Shown here: positions 21,704 through 31,994 of the stretch, piece by piece | Layout: each line of letters starts with the position of its first letter | Numbering within the stretch: position 1 is the stretch's first letter | NCBI GenBank assembly: GCA_963738905.1 | Contig: CAVTYG010000007.1 | Span: 36,034 to 100,033, forward strand | Origin: an uncultured Acidobacteriaceae bacterium | Lineage (GTDB): Bacteria > Acidobacteriota > Terriglobia > Terriglobales > Acidobacteriaceae | Direction of reading: 5' to 3' | DNA: 64,000 bases | Notes under the pieces: generated by a model | Database searches by the model: none | Told to the model about the DNA's origin: nothing | What the model saw: the letters and a program-made list of their open reading frames with translations, nothing else | Translations under genes and position numbers: made by a program

Positions 21704-22323
21704 TTGCTCCCGTGTCCCAATTTGTGGCGCAAGTCCTGCTTGGCCCGAAATAACAATGCCGCCACGTAGTCACGTTTCAGTCCCAGTTGTTGTGCGATTT
21801 CGTCGTAACTTAACTCTCCGAAATAACGAAGAACCAGCGGCGTTCGATAGTTCTCCGGCAGCCGCGCAATCGCATCCCGCACCTTCGCCCTCTCTTCTGC
21901 GCTCAGGACCGCACCCAGCGGAGACGGTTCCGGGCTGGTTCCTTCGATGACAGTGACTCCTTCTTCAACTTCCACAAAAACTTGCCGTCCACGCTTCCGG
22001 CGCCGTAGAGCGTCGATGCATTGATTGCCCGTCACCCGTAGCAGCCACTTGTGGAACGGGGTTGACCGGTCGTAGCTCGCGATCGAACGTTGCAGCTTCA
22101 GAAAGACTTCGCTCGTGGCATCTTCCGCGCTCTCCCGCGAGTCGAGCATGTAGCGGCATAACCCGAATACGCGTCGGGAATAAAGGCGATAGATCTCCGC
22201 CAAGGCCTCGGCATCGTGGCCTTGGGCGCGCTGTATTACGCTCTCCAGATCCGGCGCCTCTGTTTGCGTGGCTTTACCCTCGCTGGGCTGCGATCCTTTC
22301 GGATTGTTTCTATTGGCGTCCAT
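21700..22323 (-). CDS. RNA polymerase sigma-70 factor, ECF subfamily
   Basis: 207 aa; region 2 (..DAEDATSEVFLKL..) and region 4 (..LRYFGELSYDEIAQQLG..). Confidence 0.9.
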   Translation of the reverse strand: MDANRNNPKGSQPSEGKATQTEAPDLESVIQRAQGHDAEALAEIYRLYSRRVFGLCRYMLDSRESAEDATSEVFLKLQRSIASYDRSTPFHKWLLRVTGNQCIDALRRRKRGRQVFVEVEEGVTVIEGTSPEPSPLGAVLSAEERAKVRDAIARLPENYRTPLVLRYFGELSYDEIAQQLGLKRDYVAALLFRAKQDLRHKLGHGSK

Positions 22324-22565
22324 GAAGCAGTACGCTGGAGACCGGATAAAGTTACAGAAATTCTAAGGATCGGGCCGGTCGCGTGAACGTGGCGAACATG
22401 CCTTATTGACAGCAGTCATTCGACGAAAATAAAATTCACGACCGTCGCAGAAGAGCCGCGTCACTCGTCGTTGTACACCGATTCCCGCCCTGGCAGGCCC
22501 TGACCCCTGGCGATCTAATAATCAAGCAGCACGGCATGCGTCCCGCGCAACACCTGGAGAAGAGC

Positions 22566-23240
22566 ATGGCAAATCCGAAGGATGAAGCCCCCACGAATGT
22601 CACGAAACTTGACCTTAAACTCGAGATCGTCGTCCTCCCCGTCTCTGACGTCGACCGGGCGAAGGAGTTTTACGGAAGGCTCGGGTGGCGGCTCGACGCC
22701 GACTTCGCCGGCGGTAACGACTTTCGCGTGGTTCAGTTCACGCCGCCCGGCTCCGGGTGTTCGGTCATCTTCGGCAAGAACATCACTGCGGCGACGCCGG
22801 GCTCTGCCCGTGGGCTGTACTTGATCGTATCCGACCTCGAGGGCGCCCGCGAAGAGCTGCTCGGTCGGGGCGTCAAGATCAGCGAAGTGTTCCACAACAC
22901 CGATGGTGTATACGCCGGTAAGGACGAGCCTTACCTATTTGGACGGCTCCGGGTCAGTGGTCGGGATCCCGAACATCGCAGCTACCGCTCGTTTGCTTCG
23001 TTCAGCGACCCTGAGGGCAACGGCTGGATGCTGCAGGAGATCACAACGCGGCTGCCCGGGCGTATCGTTTCTGCCGCGACTTCGTTCGCCTCAGCAAGCG
23101 ACTTGGCGACCGCGCTTCGACGAGCGGAGGCCGCCCACGGCGAGCATGAGAAGCGCACTGGCAAAAGAGATGAGAACTGGCCCGACTGGTACGCCGAGTA
23201 CATGGCGAGTGAACAGTCCGGTAAAGAGCCGCCCCAATGA
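22566..23240 (+). CDS. VOC/glyoxalase-bleomycin resistance family protein
   Basis: LEIVVLPVSDVDRAKEFYGRLGWRLD and DPEGNGWMLQE motifs. Start chosen at ATG 22566, which is preceded by GGAGAA. Confidence 0.8.
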   Translation: MANPKDEAPTNVTKLDLKLEIVVLPVSDVDRAKEFYGRLGWRLDADFAGGNDFRVVQFTPPGSGCSVIFGKNITAATPGSARGLYLIVSDLEGAREELLGRGVKISEVFHNTDGVYAGKDEPYLFGRLRVSGRDPEHRSYRSFASFSDPEGNGWMLQEITTRLPGRIVSAATSFASASDLATALRRAEAAHGEHEKRTGKRDENWPDWYAEYMASEQSGKEPPQ

Positions 23241-23995
23241 GTGCTCCCGACCCGCACCGCGCCGAGCGCGAACTGAAACTCGCCGGGCAGACCGTCGTCG
23301 TGATCGGCGGCAGTGCCGGTATCGGACTCGAGACGGCCCGACTCGCCCGCGCTGAGGGAGCCGACGTGATCCTCATTGCGCGGGACCCTGAGCGCCTACA
23401 GCGCGCTGCGACCGAGCTCGACGCGCTCAGCACTGCGGCCTTCGACGCCACCGATTTCGAACGGCTCGGAAGATTCTTCGACGAGCTTCCCAGACCGATC
23501 GACCATGTGCTGGTGACGGGCCCAGGCCCGTACTACGCGCCGCTGGCCGAGTTCGACTTCGAAAGGGCTCGCCGCGATCTCGAAGCCCATATCTTGCTGC
23601 CGCTGCAGGTCGCCCGAAACGCCAGGAGCAAAGTTCGTCCCGGAGGGACGCTGCTCTTCATGGGCGGCACCGGTGGCCGCCACGTGGCGCCGGGAATGAC
23701 GCTAATCTCGGCTCTCACGGCTGCGGGTCCCGCCATGACGAAGAACCTCGCGCTCGAGCTGGCACCCGTCCGGGTCAACCTGATCGCGGCCGGCTTCGTT
23801 GACACGCCGTTGTCGGCATCGCTCCTGGGCGACCAACTCGAGGACCGTCGCAATCAGCTTCGGCGGACGCTTCCCATACGGCGCGTCGTCGGACCGGCCG
23901 ACGTTGCCGCGCTCGCTGTACACATCATGACCAACACCGCCCTCACAGGAGGGACCTACGACATCGACGGGGGGCAGCAGCTCGTCGACGGGTGA
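23237..23995 (+). CDS. SDR-family oxidoreductase
   Basis: 252 aa; VVIGGSAGIG dinucleotide motif; ATGA overlap with the VOC gene. Confidence 0.85.
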   Translation: MSAPDPHRAERELKLAGQTVVVIGGSAGIGLETARLARAEGADVILIARDPERLQRAATELDALSTAAFDATDFERLGRFFDELPRPIDHVLVTGPGPYYAPLAEFDFERARRDLEAHILLPLQVARNARSKVRPGGTLLFMGGTGGRHVAPGMTLISALTAAGPAMTKNLALELAPVRVNLIAAGFVDTPLSASLLGDQLEDRRNQLRRTLPIRRVVGPADVAALAVHIMTNTALTGGTYDIDGGQQLVDG

Positions 23996-24191
23996 GGGCA
24001 GTCGACGAGAATAAATTCAGCAACCGTCGGCCGTCCCACCGCATCTTTCGTTCTCGAAAGCAGTTTCCGTCCTTGGTAACGCTGCCTATACAGCAACCCT
24101 CGACTCCACTTTTCACGAACCAAGCGCCACGGTAAACGGACAGCAGCAGCGAGTACTTTTCAACCATGCTTGAAAATTCATGGGAGGACTT

Positions 24192-25226
24192 ATGGCAACC
24201 ACAGCAATCGCAGTAGCAACAATGAAAGTGGCACAAGTTCCCAAGCCGGGAGCGGATCCCCAGATCGTCGAACGAGAGATACCCGTGCCCGGTGCGCGGC
24301 AGGTGCGGATCAAGGTGCAAGCCTGTGGTGTTTGCCACAGTGACGTGCTCACCAAAGAAGGCTTGTTGCCGGGGATTCAGTATCCCCGCGTACCCGGTCA
24401 CGAAGTAGTGGGCTTGATCGATGAAGTGGGCACGGGTGTCTCCGAATGGAAGAAGGGCCAGCGGGTTGGGGTCGGTTGGCACGGCGGCCACGACGGCACC
24501 TGTCGTGAATGCCGTCGCGGCGACTTTGGCAATTGCAAGAACATCCAATTTCCCGGCATCAGCTATGACGGAGGATACCAGCAATACATGGTGGCTCCTG
24601 TCGAGGCGCTGGCGTCGGTGCCTGAAGGTTTGAGCGATATTGAGGCAGCCCCGCTGCTCTGCGCCGGCATTACGACGTTCAACGCACTGCGGCACAGCGG
24701 CGCGCTACCCAGCGACCTGGTCGCGGTACAGGGCATCGGCGGTCTTGGCCACCTTGGCATTCAGTTCGCGAACAAGTTTGGTTACAGGGTCGCGGCCATC
24801 GGACGTGGGCCTGAGAATGCGACGCTCGCCAAGAAACTCGGAGCGCACGTGTATATCGACAGCCAAGCCACGAATGCAGCGCAGGAACTGCAGAAGCTGG
24901 GCGGCGCAAAGGTGATCGTGGCGACGGCTCCGAGCGCGAAATCGATGTCGGAACTAATCGACGGTCTGAGCCCAAACGGCAAGCTCATGGTGCTCGGTGC
25001 GGGGCCCGATGCGATTGAGGTCATACCAGCACAGCTCATTTTTGGAAGTCACACGATCCAGGGTTGGGCATCGGGGATACCCACCGATTCAGAAGACACG
25101 CTCAGCTTCGCCGAGATGTCGGGCGTGCGTCCCATGATCGAAACATATCCGCTGGAGAAGGCGGCGGAGGCCTACGAACGAATGACGAGCGGCAAGGCGC
25201 AATTCCGCGTCGTTTTGACGATGTGA
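24192..25226 (+). CDS. zinc-dependent alcohol dehydrogenase family
   Basis: CGVCHSD, GHEVVG and GIGGLGH motifs. The start is ambiguous between 24180, 24192 and 24222; GGGAGGA precedes 24192. Confidence 0.9.
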   Translation: MATTAIAVATMKVAQVPKPGADPQIVEREIPVPGARQVRIKVQACGVCHSDVLTKEGLLPGIQYPRVPGHEVVGLIDEVGTGVSEWKKGQRVGVGWHGGHDGTCRECRRGDFGNCKNIQFPGISYDGGYQQYMVAPVEALASVPEGLSDIEAAPLLCAGITTFNALRHSGALPSDLVAVQGIGGLGHLGIQFANKFGYRVAAIGRGPENATLAKKLGAHVYIDSQATNAAQELQKLGGAKVIVATAPSAKSMSELIDGLSPNGKLMVLGAGPDAIEVIPAQLIFGSHTIQGWASGIPTDSEDTLSFAEMSGVRPMIETYPLEKAAEAYERMTSGKAQFRVVLTM

Positions 25227-25297
25227 GCTTGGCCATCAACGCCATTGAGAAACACTGCAGGCATCGGTGCGAAGGTTCGCGAAGGCGGAGCAGGACG

Positions 25298-26278
25298 ATG
25301 GGTTTCTTAAGATCGCCACGCTGGCCCCGATGCCCGCACATTTACCGCGTGGCGTTGATGGTTTCGGTGATGCTCGCATCGTCTCAATTGTTCACCCAAT
25401 CCAACGGAAAGAAACCGCCCATGACGTACCCGACTCTTTACCACGCGATACAGGTAGACGGTCTATCCATCTTCTACCGGGAGGCCGGCCCGAAAGACGC
25501 GCCGACCATTCTCCTGCTCCACGGACTGCCCTCTTCGTCGCGAATGTTTGAGCCTCTCTTTGTCCGGCTAGCCGATCGCTATCATCTCGTCGCCCCCGAT
25601 TACCCAGGCTTCGGACACAGCGACTGGCCGGATCCAAAACAATTCGCGTACACGTTCGATCACATTGCCGAGGTCATGAATCATTTCACCGAAGCGCTTG
25701 GGCTCTCGCGCTACACGCTTTACATGCAGGATTATGGCGGCCCAGTGGGTTTTCGCATGGTCTTGGCCCATCCTGACAGGATCGAGGCTCTTATTGTCCA
25801 GGACGCGGTCGCACACAACACAGGTTTGGGTGTGAATTGGAAAACTCGGCGGGCTTTTTGGGCCGACCGCGCCGCGAACGAAAATGCACTGCGCGCCAAT
25901 CTCCTGTCGCTTGATACGACGCGTACCCGCCATGTTGGTAGCGATCCCGAACTGGATCGCTACAACCCGGATCTGTGGACGGATGAGTTCTACTTTCTGA
26001 GTCAGCCGGGGCAGGCCGAGGTTCAGGTCAACCTGTTCTACGACTATCGAACCAATGTAGACGCCTACCCGAAATGGCAAGCATGGATGCGCGAGAAACA
26101 ACCGCGTCTGCTGGTGATCTGGGGTAAGTATGAACTCTCGTTCGACAGCTCGGAGCCGGAAGCTTATCACCGCGATGTTCCCACGGCCCAAGTTCACATT
26201 GTCGACGGTGGCCATTTCGCGTTGGACACGGCCGCCGATGAGATTGCGGCACTGGTCCGAGACTTTGTCGGATCGTGA
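25298..26278 (+). CDS. alpha/beta hydrolase (epoxide hydrolase/haloalkane dehalogenase-like)
   Basis: LLLHGLPSSSRMF and MQDYGGPVG (nucleophile elbow). The start is uncertain (25298 or 25421), and the 25064 ORF start overlaps the ADH gene. Confidence 0.8.
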   Translation: MGFLRSPRWPRCPHIYRVALMVSVMLASSQLFTQSNGKKPPMTYPTLYHAIQVDGLSIFYREAGPKDAPTILLLHGLPSSSRMFEPLFVRLADRYHLVAPDYPGFGHSDWPDPKQFAYTFDHIAEVMNHFTEALGLSRYTLYMQDYGGPVGFRMVLAHPDRIEALIVQDAVAHNTGLGVNWKTRRAFWADRAANENALRANLLSLDTTRTRHVGSDPELDRYNPDLWTDEFYFLSQPGQAEVQVNLFYDYRTNVDAYPKWQAWMREKQPRLLVIWGKYELSFDSSEPEAYHRDVPTAQVHIVDGGHFALDTAADEIAALVRDFVGS

Positions 26279-26314
26279 CGTTGACGGTCTAGACGCCCGA
26301 AACGAAGGATCTAC

Positions 26315-27037
26315 ATGTCAGAGAAGAAGACAGCCATCATCACCGGCGCATCGCATGGGATTGGCGCGGGATTGGTCGCGGGCTTTCTGAGTGCCGGTTA
26401 TAACGTGGTCGCAACCGCTCTCGACGCTACGAAATCGTTGACGGCATCGCCCAGCCTCGTTCTCATCGATGGCGACATTAGTAAGCAGGAAACCGCTGCC
26501 GGGACAGCCGAAGCAGCAATCCAGCATTTCGGAACGATCGATGTTCTGGTGAACACCGCTGGAATCTACCGCACCAAGCCCTTCACCGACTTCACGTTCG
26601 AAGACTTCAATTCCCTGGTCTCGATCAACCTGCTCGGATTTCTTAACATGACTCAGCTCACGGTGAAGCAGATGCTGAAACAGAAATCGGGAAACATCGT
26701 GACCATCACTGCAGCGCTGGCCGATCAGCCAATCGGCGGCGTCAATGCCTCGGTTTCGATGATGACGAAGGGTGGCTTGAATACCGTCACTCGAAGTCTC
26801 GCAATCGAGTACGCAAAAGAAGGCATCCGCTTCAACGCCGTAGCTCCGGGTGTCGTGGTGACGCCGCTCCATAAGAATGATGCGCAGGATTCTCTCGCGG
26901 CAAGGCAGCCAACGGGAAGGACCGTGGAGGTAACAGACATTGTCGACGCCGTTCTGTACCTGGCACAGGCGGCTCAAGTCACTGGCGAGGTCCTTCACGT
27001 GGACGGTGGTGCTCACGCCGGCTGTTGGCAGGTCTGA
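26315..27037 (+). CDS. SDR-family oxidoreductase
   Basis: 240 aa; ITGASHGIG, NTAG and catalytic-region motifs. Confidence 0.85.
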   Translation: MSEKKTAIITGASHGIGAGLVAGFLSAGYNVVATALDATKSLTASPSLVLIDGDISKQETAAGTAEAAIQHFGTIDVLVNTAGIYRTKPFTDFTFEDFNSLVSINLLGFLNMTQLTVKQMLKQKSGNIVTITAALADQPIGGVNASVSMMTKGGLNTVTRSLAIEYAKEGIRFNAVAPGVVVTPLHKNDAQDSLAARQPTGRTVEVTDIVDAVLYLAQAAQVTGEVLHVDGGAHAGCWQV

Positions 27038-27040
27038 TGG

Positions 27041-28489
27041 TCACGGTTTGCTGGTAATCGCGCGACCCGGCGTCACGCCAGAGACAAGGTTCCCGCCATC
27101 CACTACCACCGTTCCGCCCACTACCAGATATCGCACGCCTACGCTGGGCAGGTTCGGCTTCTCGAACGTCGACTGATCGCGAAACGTCTTAGGATCGAAC
27201 ACAACCATGTCGGCGTCAGCCCCTACTTGTAGCCGCCCTTTCTTACGTGCCTGCGGAGTACTCTTCTCCAAGCGTACGGCGGGCATGTACGACATCTTGC
27301 GGACCGCCTCCATTAGCGTGACCGTTCCGCGCTCCCGCACGTACTGGTTATAGAACCGCCCGTACGTCCCCGCATTTCGCGGATGTCCCGGCGCACCGTC
27401 TGACGCCACCATCACCAGCGGATTCTCCAGCAGCCCATCCACTACGGTCTGCGAGTTGTTGAAGATGATGACCAACTGTGGCTTCGGTGAGTTGTGCAGT
27501 TCGTCGAAGCGCTCCTTGGTTAGGCGCTCACCGGTACCGGGGATCATGATGTCCGAATAGGTCGCGAGGATTTTTTCCTCCCATCCCGGATTGAACAGCG
27601 CCGAGTTGATCTGGGTCATACCGGCTATGTACGGATACGACTCAGTGGTGACGTCGAGTCCGCGGGCACGTGCCCCTGCGACCATCTTCATGCACTCCGG
27701 CGCCTCACGCAGGCAACTGCTGTTGATATGAACAATGTGCAGCGGTGCACCCGTAACCGCCGCGGCTGCGATGACTTCGCTTACCGATTCCACGCGATCG
27801 CCGCGCATATGCACAAAGACTGGCATATCACGCTCGGCAGCGACGCGGAACATCTCGATGATTTCCGTGCGCGACGCTCCGGGTGTGTATTGAATGCCAA
27901 TTCCGACGCCGAGCCCGCCAGCATCGATCTGCTCGCGCAAGCGCTGCTGTATACGCTGTAGCTGCTCGGGTGTAGCCGCTGTGTTGGTGGCAGGCCCGGA
28001 AGGCGGAATCAAGGTCCCGTTCGCGGCCGGTTGGCCCATAGTGATGGCCCGCGCCCAAGGATGGCTCGCTGTAGTTCCGTAGTTGAGAAGCGACTTGTTC
28101 TCGTGTTCCGCCAGAAACGTGCGCACATCGGGCGGGCCAATCTCCAGTTCCAGCGCCGTGGTGACGCCGTCCATTGCTTTCAGGCGCACCCCTTCGGGCG
28201 ACAGGTCGTGCTGGTGAAGATCGATGAATCCCGGAGCGACGACAAGGCCAGTGGCATCGATGACACGCTTGCCTGACAAAGTCTGTTCGCTGATAGCCAC
28301 GATCTCCCCGCCACGAATGCCGACGTCGCGAACGGCATCGAGCGATGTTTCAGCGTCGATGACGCGACCGTTGTGGAGGACGATGTCATATTGGCTTTGG
28401 GCAAACAGTAGGGAGCCGAGCAGAAAGAACCCGGCGATCAGAACAGAGATCCAGTGTCTCAACATGTTGGCGAATAGTACACGCCGCAT
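27041..28489 (-). CDS. secreted amidohydrolase (D-aminoacylase-like)
   Basis: 482 aa; signal peptide; GFIDLHQHD metal-binding motif; APGHPR. Confidence 0.8.
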   Translation of the reverse strand: MRRVLFANMLRHWISVLIAGFFLLGSLLFAQSQYDIVLHNGRVIDAETSLDAVRDVGIRGGEIVAISEQTLSGKRVIDATGLVVAPGFIDLHQHDLSPEGVRLKAMDGVTTALELEIGPPDVRTFLAEHENKSLLNYGTTASHPWARAITMGQPAANGTLIPPSGPATNTAATPEQLQRIQQRLREQIDAGGLGVGIGIQYTPGASRTEIIEMFRVAAERDMPVFVHMRGDRVESVSEVIAAAAVTGAPLHIVHINSSCLREAPECMKMVAGARARGLDVTTESYPYIAGMTQINSALFNPGWEEKILATYSDIMIPGTGERLTKERFDELHNSPKPQLVIIFNNSQTVVDGLLENPLVMVASDGAPGHPRNAGTYGRFYNQYVRERGTVTLMEAVRKMSYMPAVRLEKSTPQARKKGRLQVGADADMVVFDPKTFRDQSTFEKPNLPSVGVRYLVVGGTVVVDGGNLVSGVTPGRAITSKP

Positions 28490-28513
28490 GCCGTATGGGC
28501 AACGGTCAGTTTG

Positions 28514-31081
28514 TTATGACTTCGCCTTCGCAACCAGCAGCGTCAGATCGTCAGCCTGTTCGCCGGGAGCGAATTCCTTGACTGCGGCGACGATTGCGTC
28601 AAGCAAACATTGAGCGGTCCGATCTCGACCCGCGCGCAATGCGCCGATTAGACCTTCTTCGCCGAATTCTTCGCCGTGCAAGTTGGCGGCCTCGAATACG
28701 CCATCCGTGCAGATGGCCAGAATGCTATTTGGCCGAAGCTCTGTTTCGGCAACCTCACACTGCCAATCGTCAAACAGTCCCAGAACCGTTGCCGTGGCGT
28801 AGAGATGCTCCACGGAATCGCCGTGCAGTATCAGCGGTGGATTGTGCCCGCAATTCACATAACGCAATCGCCGGGTTTGGTCTTCGTACACGCCAATGAA
28901 TAATGTCGCGTAGTTGTTCGACTCGGTGGACTCGAAGAACATCCCATTCACCCGCTGCAGTGTCTCCGCGAGATCATGATTCACAATCGCCGACTGGCTG
29001 CGCAGATGCGCTTGCAGGTTGGCCATTAACAGCGCTGCTGAAATCCCTTTGCCTGCGACATCGGCGAGAACGAATCCGACGCGCCCTTCGCCGAGATCGA
29101 GGAAATCGTAGTAATCACCGCCGACCGCCCGCGCCTGTATGCACGTGCCCGCATACTCGATCGTCTTGAGCACAGGGGCCTTCTGCGGCAACAGCTTGCT
29201 CTGCACCTGGCGGGCGATGTCCATCTCCTGCCGGGCGCGCCGATCGGACTCTAGGCGTTCGGCCATGCTTTCCGCCATGGCGATGTTTTCCAGCGCCGCG
29301 CCCGCCTGGTTCGCGACGGAGTCCAGCAGCCGCTTGTCCTCGCCCGAATACGGTTCTTCCGACAACCGTGGCCCCAACACTGCCAGCCCCAGTAGTTGGC
29401 CATCGCGTCCCAACATCGGGACCAGGCATTCGGGTTCGAGCGGCTGTAGCAAGGCGAGTGCTGGAGCCTCCACTGGAGTGGGCACAATCTCCCACGTCTG
29501 CCCACGTTCGCGCATGTGCTCCAATACAGGCAAACCTCGCGGCAGCTTCCGGATCTGCTCCGGAACGTTGGAGGCGGTCGCGAACTCTCCATCGCCTTGG
29601 CGGAAGTAAATGGCGAGCGTCAACGGATGCAATGCATCATCGACTTCGCGCCGCAGCAGTTCAGACAGTTGTTCCCGGTTCGATGCACTTCGGGTCTTGG
29701 CCGCCAGGTCCATGAGGATTTGCCGCGTGTCATACGCGCTGCGGAAAAAAGCGCGGTCCAGCCGTCGCGTGACACGACTCTGCATCTGAGTGCCGCCCCA
29801 CACCAGGAAGATGCCTAACGCTGCGCCGGCAGGGACCGCCAACCGTCCGCGCTCCGGCAAATAGCGGTTCAGCGCACGCGCCAGCAGGAGAGTCGTTCCG
29901 GTCCCTACCAGCAAAATCAGCAGCAAAAATCCACGTTGCACCAGGAAATAGCGCGCACTGCGGCGCAACAGTACGGGAATTTCGAGCACCCGGTGCTTCA
30001 CTACGGCGTAAGCAAAGGAGAGAGGAAAGAACAGGAGCGCGATGATCGGTCCCACCACGATCCAAAAAGGGTAGGAATAGTAGAGGCGGTGCTGAATCAA
30101 CGCAGCCGCGGACACCAGCAGCACGGGAGTTGTGGTGACGACCGTTCCCCAGACTATGACCTTGCTCTTGCGGCGGTCATTGGGTGTTGGCGCCGTGATG
30201 CTGTTGCTGATCAACGAAGCTAGTCCCAGTAGGCAGCCGAGAAACTCGAAAAGCGTCAGAGCGATGTAAAACGGCCGCTCCCCGACCATGTTCAGGAAGC
30301 GTACCGTGGGCTCCAGGCTGCCGGAGACCAGCGTCAGCAATGCGACGGGCAGGGAACATGCTAAGGCAAATGCAGTGAGAATGTACTTCAATTTTGGAAA
30401 TCGTCGCTCGATGGGAGACGCCGCGGGAAACGTAGCAAAGAACCAGTAGAAAATTGCCGGCAGGAGAGTGTTCAGCACGATCATGAGACTGAGCATGAAG
30501 CGCCGCAGGAAAGGCGAGAGTACTCCCTCAAGAAATGCGACGGGCGCCGCCGCGATGAACGTGGCGAACAGTAGCGCGAGCACCCACGCATTGCGGTCCT
30601 GCAGTCGCAGAAACAGCACTAATAAGCCGACGGCGAGAAATGGAACCGGATAGAGGCCCAGCAGTCCGAGCGCCAGCCGCTGAGCAGTTGTGGGTTCAGG
30701 ACGGGAAGGAGCCGCATTCAGCGTCAATGGCACCTCAAACGGTTGAGAAATCCCCGGCCGCTGTACGCGCAAGGTCACCACATCTCCCGCCTTTCCACGG
30801 GCGATCGACGGCGCTACTGTCATTACATGCTGTGGGTAGCCATCAACACTCAGGATGCGATCGTTAACTTTCAGTCCGGCATGATCAGCCGGCGATCCCG
30901 GCACGACCGTCTTGAGAGTCACGTACGGGGTGAGCTCGGCCTTCCATTCCACACCAATCTCGGTCGGAGGCATCCATCCGGCGTAGTAAAGCCACACTCC
31001 CGTATAGGCAGCCAGCAGCGCGGAAAATACGATTGCGCCCGCCATGAGCCATCGTCGCGGAATGGAATTGAAGCTAAACAC
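28514..31081 (-). CDS. membrane sensor phosphatase: PDZ, about 9 TM, GAF-like region and PP2C/SpoIIE domain
   Basis: 855 aa; PDZ-like PGSPADHAGLKVNDRILSVDG; long polytopic block; C-terminal GGDYYDF..VLADVAGKGISAALLMA..DGVFEA (SpoIIE/PPM). Confidence 0.8.
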   Translation of the reverse strand: MFSFNSIPRRWLMAGAIVFSALLAAYTGVWLYYAGWMPPTEIGVEWKAELTPYVTLKTVVPGSPADHAGLKVNDRILSVDGYPQHVMTVAPSIARGKAGDVVTLRVQRPGISQPFEVPLTLNAAPSRPEPTTAQRLALGLLGLYPVPFLAVGLLVLFLRLQDRNAWVLALLFATFIAAAPVAFLEGVLSPFLRRFMLSLMIVLNTLLPAIFYWFFATFPAASPIERRFPKLKYILTAFALACSLPVALLTLVSGSLEPTVRFLNMVGERPFYIALTLFEFLGCLLGLASLISNSITAPTPNDRRKSKVIVWGTVVTTTPVLLVSAAALIQHRLYYSYPFWIVVGPIIALLFFPLSFAYAVVKHRVLEIPVLLRRSARYFLVQRGFLLLILLVGTGTTLLLARALNRYLPERGRLAVPAGAALGIFLVWGGTQMQSRVTRRLDRAFFRSAYDTRQILMDLAAKTRSASNREQLSELLRREVDDALHPLTLAIYFRQGDGEFATASNVPEQIRKLPRGLPVLEHMRERGQTWEIVPTPVEAPALALLQPLEPECLVPMLGRDGQLLGLAVLGPRLSEEPYSGEDKRLLDSVANQAGAALENIAMAESMAERLESDRRARQEMDIARQVQSKLLPQKAPVLKTIEYAGTCIQARAVGGDYYDFLDLGEGRVGFVLADVAGKGISAALLMANLQAHLRSQSAIVNHDLAETLQRVNGMFFESTESNNYATLFIGVYEDQTRRLRYVNCGHNPPLILHGDSVEHLYATATVLGLFDDWQCEVAETELRPNSILAICTDGVFEAANLHGEEFGEEGLIGALRAGRDRTAQCLLDAIVAAVKEFAPGEQADDLTLLVAKAKS

Positions 31082-31104
31082 GTAAGGTCACACTTACGCG
31101 GAGA

Positions 31105-31890
31105 TTATAGGGGAGCTTGCGGTTCCAGGTCTGTGTCCTCGAGGACTTCGGTCACGGCCTCTTCCATCATGAATTCCAGGGCCTCTTGCGGGGTTGCCGA
31201 CATCCACACCGGAGCGAATGACATGCGGTGCAAGGGCGTCGGCCCCTTCTCGTTCAAGGCCTTCAGATGGACGGGAGACCGGTAGCCGACGTTCGAGGTC
31301 AACCCGTAGCCCGGATAAACGGAGTCGAGTTCACGGATCATGGCATCACGCTCGACCTTGGCGACAATCGAGGCAGCGGCAATCGAGGCCGATACGGCAT
31401 CGCCATGGAGGATTGCGGTCTGGTTGCATTCGAAGTTAATGCGCAGCGCATCGATAAGCAGGTGGTCGGGCACCGGTGCGAGCTTCGCCACCGCTTCTTC
31501 CATCGCCTTCTTCGATGCCCAGTAAATATTGATGGCGTCGATGGTTGCGACATCGACCGAGGCAATCGCCCACGCAACGCAATTTTCGCGGATCCTCGGT
31601 GCCAACTTTTCCCGCGTCGCGCGGTCCAGCAACTTGGAATCGCGCAGACCGCGAATTCGGTACTTCGGATCGAGAATCACCGCCGCCGCAACGACGGGAC
31701 CAAACAGGCATCCGCGACCAACTTCGTCCACGCCGGCCACCAACGTGGCTCCGGACGTCCACGCCTGCTTCTCGTACTTCAGAGTGCACTTCAGCTTTTT
31801 CAGCAGACGCAGCTTCTGCGTGGCCTTGGTAACGTCCGCGTCAGCCTTCAGACGAAACCGTTTGCCGACAGTTTGAGTTGTGGGAGCCAC
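31105..31890 (-). CDS. rnhB: ribonuclease HII
   Basis: 261 aa; GVDEVGRGCLFGPVVAAAV and DSKLL motifs; GTG start. Confidence 0.9.
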   Translation of the reverse strand: MAPTTQTVGKRFRLKADADVTKATQKLRLLKKLKCTLKYEKQAWTSGATLVAGVDEVGRGCLFGPVVAAAVILDPKYRIRGLRDSKLLDRATREKLAPRIRENCVAWAIASVDVATIDAINIYWASKKAMEEAVAKLAPVPDHLLIDALRINFECNQTAILHGDAVSASIAAASIVAKVERDAMIRELDSVYPGYGLTSNVGYRSPVHLKALNEKGPTPLHRMSFAPVWMSATPQEALEFMMEEAVTEVLEDTDLEPQAPL

Positions 31891-31961
31891 GCTAGGCCCA
31901 GTTTAGGACAAATGATGGTGGAAAAGTGGGACGGAATTGGCAGACAGTACAAAAGGCATAG

Positions 31962-31984
31962 ATCTCTGTGCCTCAGTGTTTCGC
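31962..31984 (+). repeat. degenerate copy of the CTCTGTG.. dispersed element (ATCTCTGTGCCTCAGTGTTTCGC)
   Basis: Lies 10 nt before the ispG stop codon (31995-31997). Confidence 0.45.
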
Positions 31985-31994
31985 AATGGTTCGC

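Noticed and set aside
22355-22395. Possible sigma-70-type promoter (TTCACG-N16-TAGAAT on the minus strand) upstream of the ECF sigma gene at 21700-22323
   Set aside because: It is a plausible match by eye only. ECF sigma genes are usually autoregulated from ECF-type promoters, and I could not identify a convincing GAAC..CGT-type motif. The evidence is too weak to list as a feature.
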